Origin: an uncultured Gemmatimonadales bacterium
GTDB lineage: Bacteria > Gemmatimonadota > Gemmatimonadetes > Gemmatimonadales > Gemmatimonadaceae
Direction of reading: 5' to 3'
DNA length: 64,000 nt
Assembly (NCBI GenBank): GCA_963851265.1
Contig: CAWKNZ010000002.1
Location: forward strand, 1,536,001-1,600,000
This document shows, one piece after another, positions 60,030 to 64,000 of the stretch (positions are counted from its first letter, which is position 1; every line of letters begins with the position of its first letter). A program made the translations under genes and the position numbers. The notes under the pieces are model-generated. The model worked only from the letters and a program-made list of their open reading frames with translations, was not told the origin of the DNA and made no database searches.

Positions 60030-61693
60030 CCGCGCGTTGGATTGCCGCATTGCCCGTGGTGGTCGGTGCGCTCGTCGCGACGCGGGGCGGCGTGGCGTCG
60101 CGCGAGCGCGTCGAAGCGCCCGGGGCCGCACCGCCGACGTCGGGCTGCACGGTCACCCTGATCGACTCGGCGGCCCAGCCGGGCAAGACGGACGCGCCGC
60201 CGCCGGTGGCGCGCGAGTTCCGCGCCGCGTGGGTCTCGCCGGTCGAAGGCGGCGAGTGGCCGTCGCGCACGGGGATGTCGGACGTGGAGCAGCAGCAGCA
60301 GCTGGAGCAGTTGCTCGACCGCGCGGCGGCGATCGGGCTCAACGCCGTGGTGCTGCACGTACGACCCGCGGCCGACGCGCTCTACCCGACCGCGCGCGCG
60401 CCGTGGTCCAGCTACCTCGTCGGGAACGGAGGCGCGCCCGGGTACGATCCGCTCGCGTTCGCGGTACGCGAGGCGCACCGGCGCGGGCTGCAATTGCACG
60501 TGTGGTTCAACCCGTTCCGCGCCGCGCCGCCCGACCAACACGAGGCGCGGGGCGCACGGCAGATCGCCGCGCAGCACCCGGAATGGCTCGTGCGCTACGG
60601 CTCGCAGCGGTGGATCGATCCGGGGTTCCCCGACGCGCGCAGGGACGTGCTCGAGTCGCTGTTCGAGGTCGTCGACAAGTACGACATCGACGCACTGCAC
60701 CTCGACGACTATTTCTATCCCTACCGCGAAGAAGCCACCGTCACGCACCGCGTTCGCGTCGGTCGCCGCGTTCGACGCGTGACCACGACGGAAACGATCG
60801 CGTTCGACGACTCGCGTTCGTGGGCTCGCTACGGTCACGGGGACGACCGCGCGTCGTGGCGGCGGGACAACGTCTCGGAGTTCGTGCAACAGCTGTACGC
60901 CGGCGTCAAAGCGCGCAAGCCGTGGGTCCTCGTCGGCATCAGCCCGTTCGGGATCTGGCGCCCCGGCTCGCCGGCGGGCGTGAGCGGGCTCGACTCGTAC
61001 GCCGAGATCTACGCGGACTCGCGGCGCTGGCTGCGAGAGGGGTGGTTGGACTACCTGGCGCCGCAGCTGTACTGGGCGAGCGACGGCGAACAGGCGCGGT
61101 TCCGAAAGCTCGACGCGTGGTGGCGTGGTGAGAACCCGCACCAGCGGCACGTGTGGCCGGGGCTCCTCACCATGCGCGTCGCGGAGGGGCACAATCGGTG
61201 GCCGGCCGGCGAGATCGCGCACGAGATCGAACTGCTGCGCGCCGCGCGGCAGCCGACGGGGGAATCGCAGGGGCACGTGCACTTCCGCCTCAAGTCGCTG
61301 CTGGCCGACGCGATCGGCGCGCTGGGCGACCGGCTCGCCGGAACGCTCTACGCCGATCGCGCGCTCCCTCCGGCGAGTCCGTGGCTCGGGGCGGCCGCGC
61401 CCGCCGCCCCGCGTTTCGTGGGGTGCGCGGGCCCGACCGGGCCCGACGATCCGCGCGTGCTGACCGTGGCGGCGGGCGACACGACACGCGTGCGGTGGTG
61501 GCTCGCGCGGTGGCGCGACGCGCACGGCGCGTGGACGACGCAGGTGCTCCCCGGCGACACGCCGGCGGTGTCGGCACGGTTCGGGTCGGGTGACGACGCC
61601 GACGAGGTCGCGGTGGCCGCCGTGAGCTCGACGGGCGTGGTCGGTCCGTCCGTCGTGCTGCGGCCGGCGCACGCGGTCGCCGGGCTGCCGTGA
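60026..61693 (+). CDS. Glycoside hydrolase GHL10/DUF187 (YddW/DigH-like)
   Basis: REFRAAWV, GYDPLAF, LHVWFNPFR, WIDPG, LHLDDYFYPY, GISPFGIW, DYLAPQLYW. Confidence 0.9.
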   Translation: MTARWIAALPVVVGALVATRGGVASRERVEAPGAAPPTSGCTVTLIDSAAQPGKTDAPPPVAREFRAAWVSPVEGGEWPSRTGMSDVEQQQQLEQLLDRAAAIGLNAVVLHVRPAADALYPTARAPWSSYLVGNGGAPGYDPLAFAVREAHRRGLQLHVWFNPFRAAPPDQHEARGARQIAAQHPEWLVRYGSQRWIDPGFPDARRDVLESLFEVVDKYDIDALHLDDYFYPYREEATVTHRVRVGRRVRRVTTTETIAFDDSRSWARYGHGDDRASWRRDNVSEFVQQLYAGVKARKPWVLVGISPFGIWRPGSPAGVSGLDSYAEIYADSRRWLREGWLDYLAPQLYWASDGEQARFRKLDAWWRGENPHQRHVWPGLLTMRVAEGHNRWPAGEIAHEIELLRAARQPTGESQGHVHFRLKSLLADAIGALGDRLAGTLYADRALPPASPWLGAAAPAAPRFVGCAGPTGPDDPRVLTVAAGDTTRVRWWLARWRDAHGAWTTQVLPGDTPAVSARFGSGDDADEVAVAAVSSTGVVGPSVVLRPAHAVAGLP

Positions 61694-61736
61694 GGCGGCC
61701 GACCGCGGATCGCCCGACCGCACCTCGTCGCGGATC

Positions 61737-62692
61737 CTAACGACCGGCGGCCCGCGCCTCGCGTTCGAAGAACTCGACGATCCGTTCGGACGCGTTCACG
61801 CCCGGAGCCGGCCGCGGCGCGAAGATGAACGGCCGGCGTCCGCCCGGCCATGCGTGCGCCTGTGCCGCGACGACGAGTTCGCGCACGTCGCGGCCGGGGG
61901 GACACGCCGTGGCGCGGATCTCGATTACCGCGGCCGAGCTGTCGCGCTCGGCGGCCGACGCGCAGCCATTGCGGCGACTCCAGTACCGCAGCGCGCCCGC
62001 GAACGAGACCGCGAACGCGTTGCGATTGCGCCGCTGGTTGTCACGGTGATCGGCGCGCAGCTCTCCGTCTTCGGCACCGCGGACGAGCATCACCGGGAGT
62101 GCGGCGCGACCCTGACACACGGTGTCGGGCATCGCGCCGGCGACGTCCGCGACGCCCGCGACGAACGCATCGGGTTGGCAGGCGAGTCGGAGCGCGAGCA
62201 TGCCACCGTTGGAGAAGCCCGTCGCGTACACCCGCCCGCGCTCCGAGACGCCGAGCGCGACGAGCGAGTCGGCGACCGCGCGCGCGAAGCCCACGTCGTC
62301 CACCTCGTTGTCGGGGGCGGCGCCGCAGCACGTGATTGCGTTCCACGCGAGGTCGAAGTACCGGATGCCGCCCGTGCCGTTGAGGTAGGCGACGGCCCAC
62401 CCGTGCCGGTCCGCAACGGCGTCGAGCCCGGTCGTGTGCTCCATGATGTTCGCGTTCGCCTGGTAGCCGTGGAACGCGAGGAGCAGCGGGACCACGCGTC
62501 GCGGGCCGGGCGGCAGGTGCAGCAGGTACGACCGCTCGCGCCCGGCGGCGCGCATCGTGTGAAACGTGGTCTCGCCCGGGCGTGCGACGGCGAGCGGGCG
62601 GGCGCCCAGAATCGGGGCGCACGCCGCTGCGGCCGCGACGAGTCCGCCTAACAGGATGCGGAGCGCCGCCGCGCGCCGCGCGCCGGGGTCAC
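61737..62692 (-). CDS. PHB-depolymerase/LpqP-family esterase (probable 1-nt frameshift near the 5' end)
   Basis: RSYLLHLP, AFHG, WNAITCCG, VDDVGF, TGFSNGG, HAWPGG; signal peptide lies upstream of the track's ATG 62555. Confidence 0.8.
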
Positions 62693-64000
62693 GCGCCGTA
62701 GGGCACCCACACGTTCTTCACCTGCGTCGCCTCCCGCAGGTACGCGCGCCCCTCGCCCAAAGCGACGTCATACCAATCCACCGCCTCCCACGCCGTCCAC
62801 GTGCGCTTGAGGTTGCCCGTCGAGGCGCGCTCGACCGCCGTGGCGCCCGCGTGCGTGCCCCGATACCAGAGTGCGTCGACGTCGTCGTGTTCGGCGAGGA
62901 CGAGCGCGAGCGGGTCGCGCGGCCCGGTGACGATGTTTATCACGCCGTCCGGGACGTCGCTCGTGTCGAGAACGCCGTACAGGTCCGTCGCGGCGAGCGG
63001 CGCGCGCTCCGACGGAACGGTCACGACCGCGTTGCCCATCGCGACGAGCGGCGCGACCAGCGAGACGAACCCGAGCAGCGGCGCCTCGTCGGGGCACGCG
63101 ACGCCAACCACGCCGATCGGTTCGTGCAGCGCGAGCGCGACCGCGCGGACGGGCACGTCGTGCACCGCCCCGTCGTACTTGTCGGCCCACGCCGCGTACG
63201 TGAACAGCCGCCGTACCGACGCGTCGACCTCGACCGCCCCGTCCGCGGCGCCGGACATGCGGTCGAGGCGCCGCGCGAACTCGTCGGCGCGGGCCGAAAG
63301 GTTTTCCGCGACGTAGTAGAGGATCTGCGCGCGCGCGTGGCCGCTGGTGCGCGCCCACGCCTCGGCGGCCTTGTGTGCCGCCTCGACGGCGTTGCGTACG
63401 TCCTTGCGGCTGCCCTCGCCCACCTCGCCGAGCGTGATCCCGTCGGGCGCCAGAACCCGTCGCGTGTACCCGGAATCCGGGCGCGCCTGGCGGCCGCCGA
63501 CGTAGAGCTTCGCCGTGCGGTCGATCGCCGGCAGCCCGTCGACGACCCGCAGTGTGCCGGCCGGGTTGGGCGGCGAGGGTTCGTGGGCGGCCGGCTGCTC
63601 TCCGACCATCATGGCGGGTCGCGTGACGCGTTGCGGCGCGAGGTACTCGTACATCCCCTCACGTCCGCCCTCGCGCCCGAACCCGCTCTCGCGGTAGCCG
63701 CCGAAGCCCGCGCTCGCATCGAACTGGTTGGTCGTGTTGACCCACACCACTCCGGCCTTGATGCGCGGCGCGACGTCGAGGGCGAGGTTGATGTTCTCGC
63801 TCCACACGCTCGCGGCGAGGCCGAACGGCGTGTTGTTCGCGAGCGCGACGGCCTCGGACGGCGTGCGGAACGGCATCGCGACCGCCACCGGCCCGAAGAT
63901 CTCCGTCTGCGCCACCGTGGACGAGGGCGCGACGTTGGTCAGCAGTGTCGGCGGATAGAACCACCCGCGTTGTCGTTCCTCGACGCTGGCCCAGGACGGC
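62689..64000 (-). CDS. Aldehyde dehydrogenase family protein, extended two-domain type (3' part)
   Basis: EIFGPV, ANNTPFGLAASVW, FGGYRESGFGREGG, then a second ALDH-like domain; the frame stays open to the window edge. Confidence 0.92.
   Translation of the reverse strand, partial: PSWASVEERQRGWFYPPTLLTNVAPSSTVAQTEIFGPVAVAMPFRTPSEAVALANNTPFGLAASVWSENINLALDVAPRIKAGVVWVNTTNQFDASAGFGGYRESGFGREGGREGMYEYLAPQRVTRPAMMVGEQPAAHEPSPPNPAGTLRVVDGLPAIDRTAKLYVGGRQARPDSGYTRRVLAPDGITLGEVGEGSRKDVRNAVEAAHKAAEAWARTSGHARAQILYYVAENLSARADEFARRLDRMSGAADGAVEVDASVRRLFTYAAWADKYDGAVHDVPVRAVALALHEPIGVVGVACPDEAPLLGFVSLVAPLVAMGNAVVTVPSERAPLAATDLYGVLDTSDVPDGVINIVTGPRDPLALVLAEHDDVDALWYRGTHAGATAVERASTGNLKRTWTAWEAVDWYDVALGEGRAYLREATQVKNVWVPYGA

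Overview
Very GC-rich (roughly 70-75% by eye) bacterial chromosomal segment from a diderm (lspA, predicted beta-barrel proteins, meso-DAP-type MurE). Gene content and order suggest Gemmatimonadota, which is an unverified inference. Most genes are on the minus strand. Left to right: the dcw cluster (murC partial, murG, ftsW, murD, mraY, murF, murE, ftsI, ftsL-like, rsmH; no mraZ); a secreted TPR protein; tRNA-Val(TAC) and a 56-aa membrane protein; a receptor-less chemosensory-like module (cheW-cheY-cheA-cheC-TPR-DUF4388-hyp-DUF4388/TPR-cheR-TPR-peptidase) lying downstream of yggS-divIVA-ileS-dksA-lspA-lspA-rluD; DUF2723, cdaA, folP, a DHA2 MFS transporter, ftsH, hpt, tilS; glnK-amt; a metallopeptidase/beta-propeller/barrel protein; aceB; a thioredoxin-like protein; a second ftsH; an S9 peptidase; an envelope operon (barrel, AcvB/VirJ-like, GHL10); an esterase; and a partial aldehyde dehydrogenase. 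I saw no mobile elements, CRISPR arrays or rRNA. The most striking observations are: (1) an unannotated ~240-nt highly structured transcription unit at 56.9-57.2 kb with a 13-nt perfect complement of the 16S rRNA 3' end, a 14-codon ORF and a terminator; (2) a strongly over-represented, strand-polarised heptamer GTTAGGC that forces rare TTA codons into many genes; (3) the MCP-less Dif-like Che/DUF4388/TPR module. All calls come from reading motifs by eye; no database search was run.
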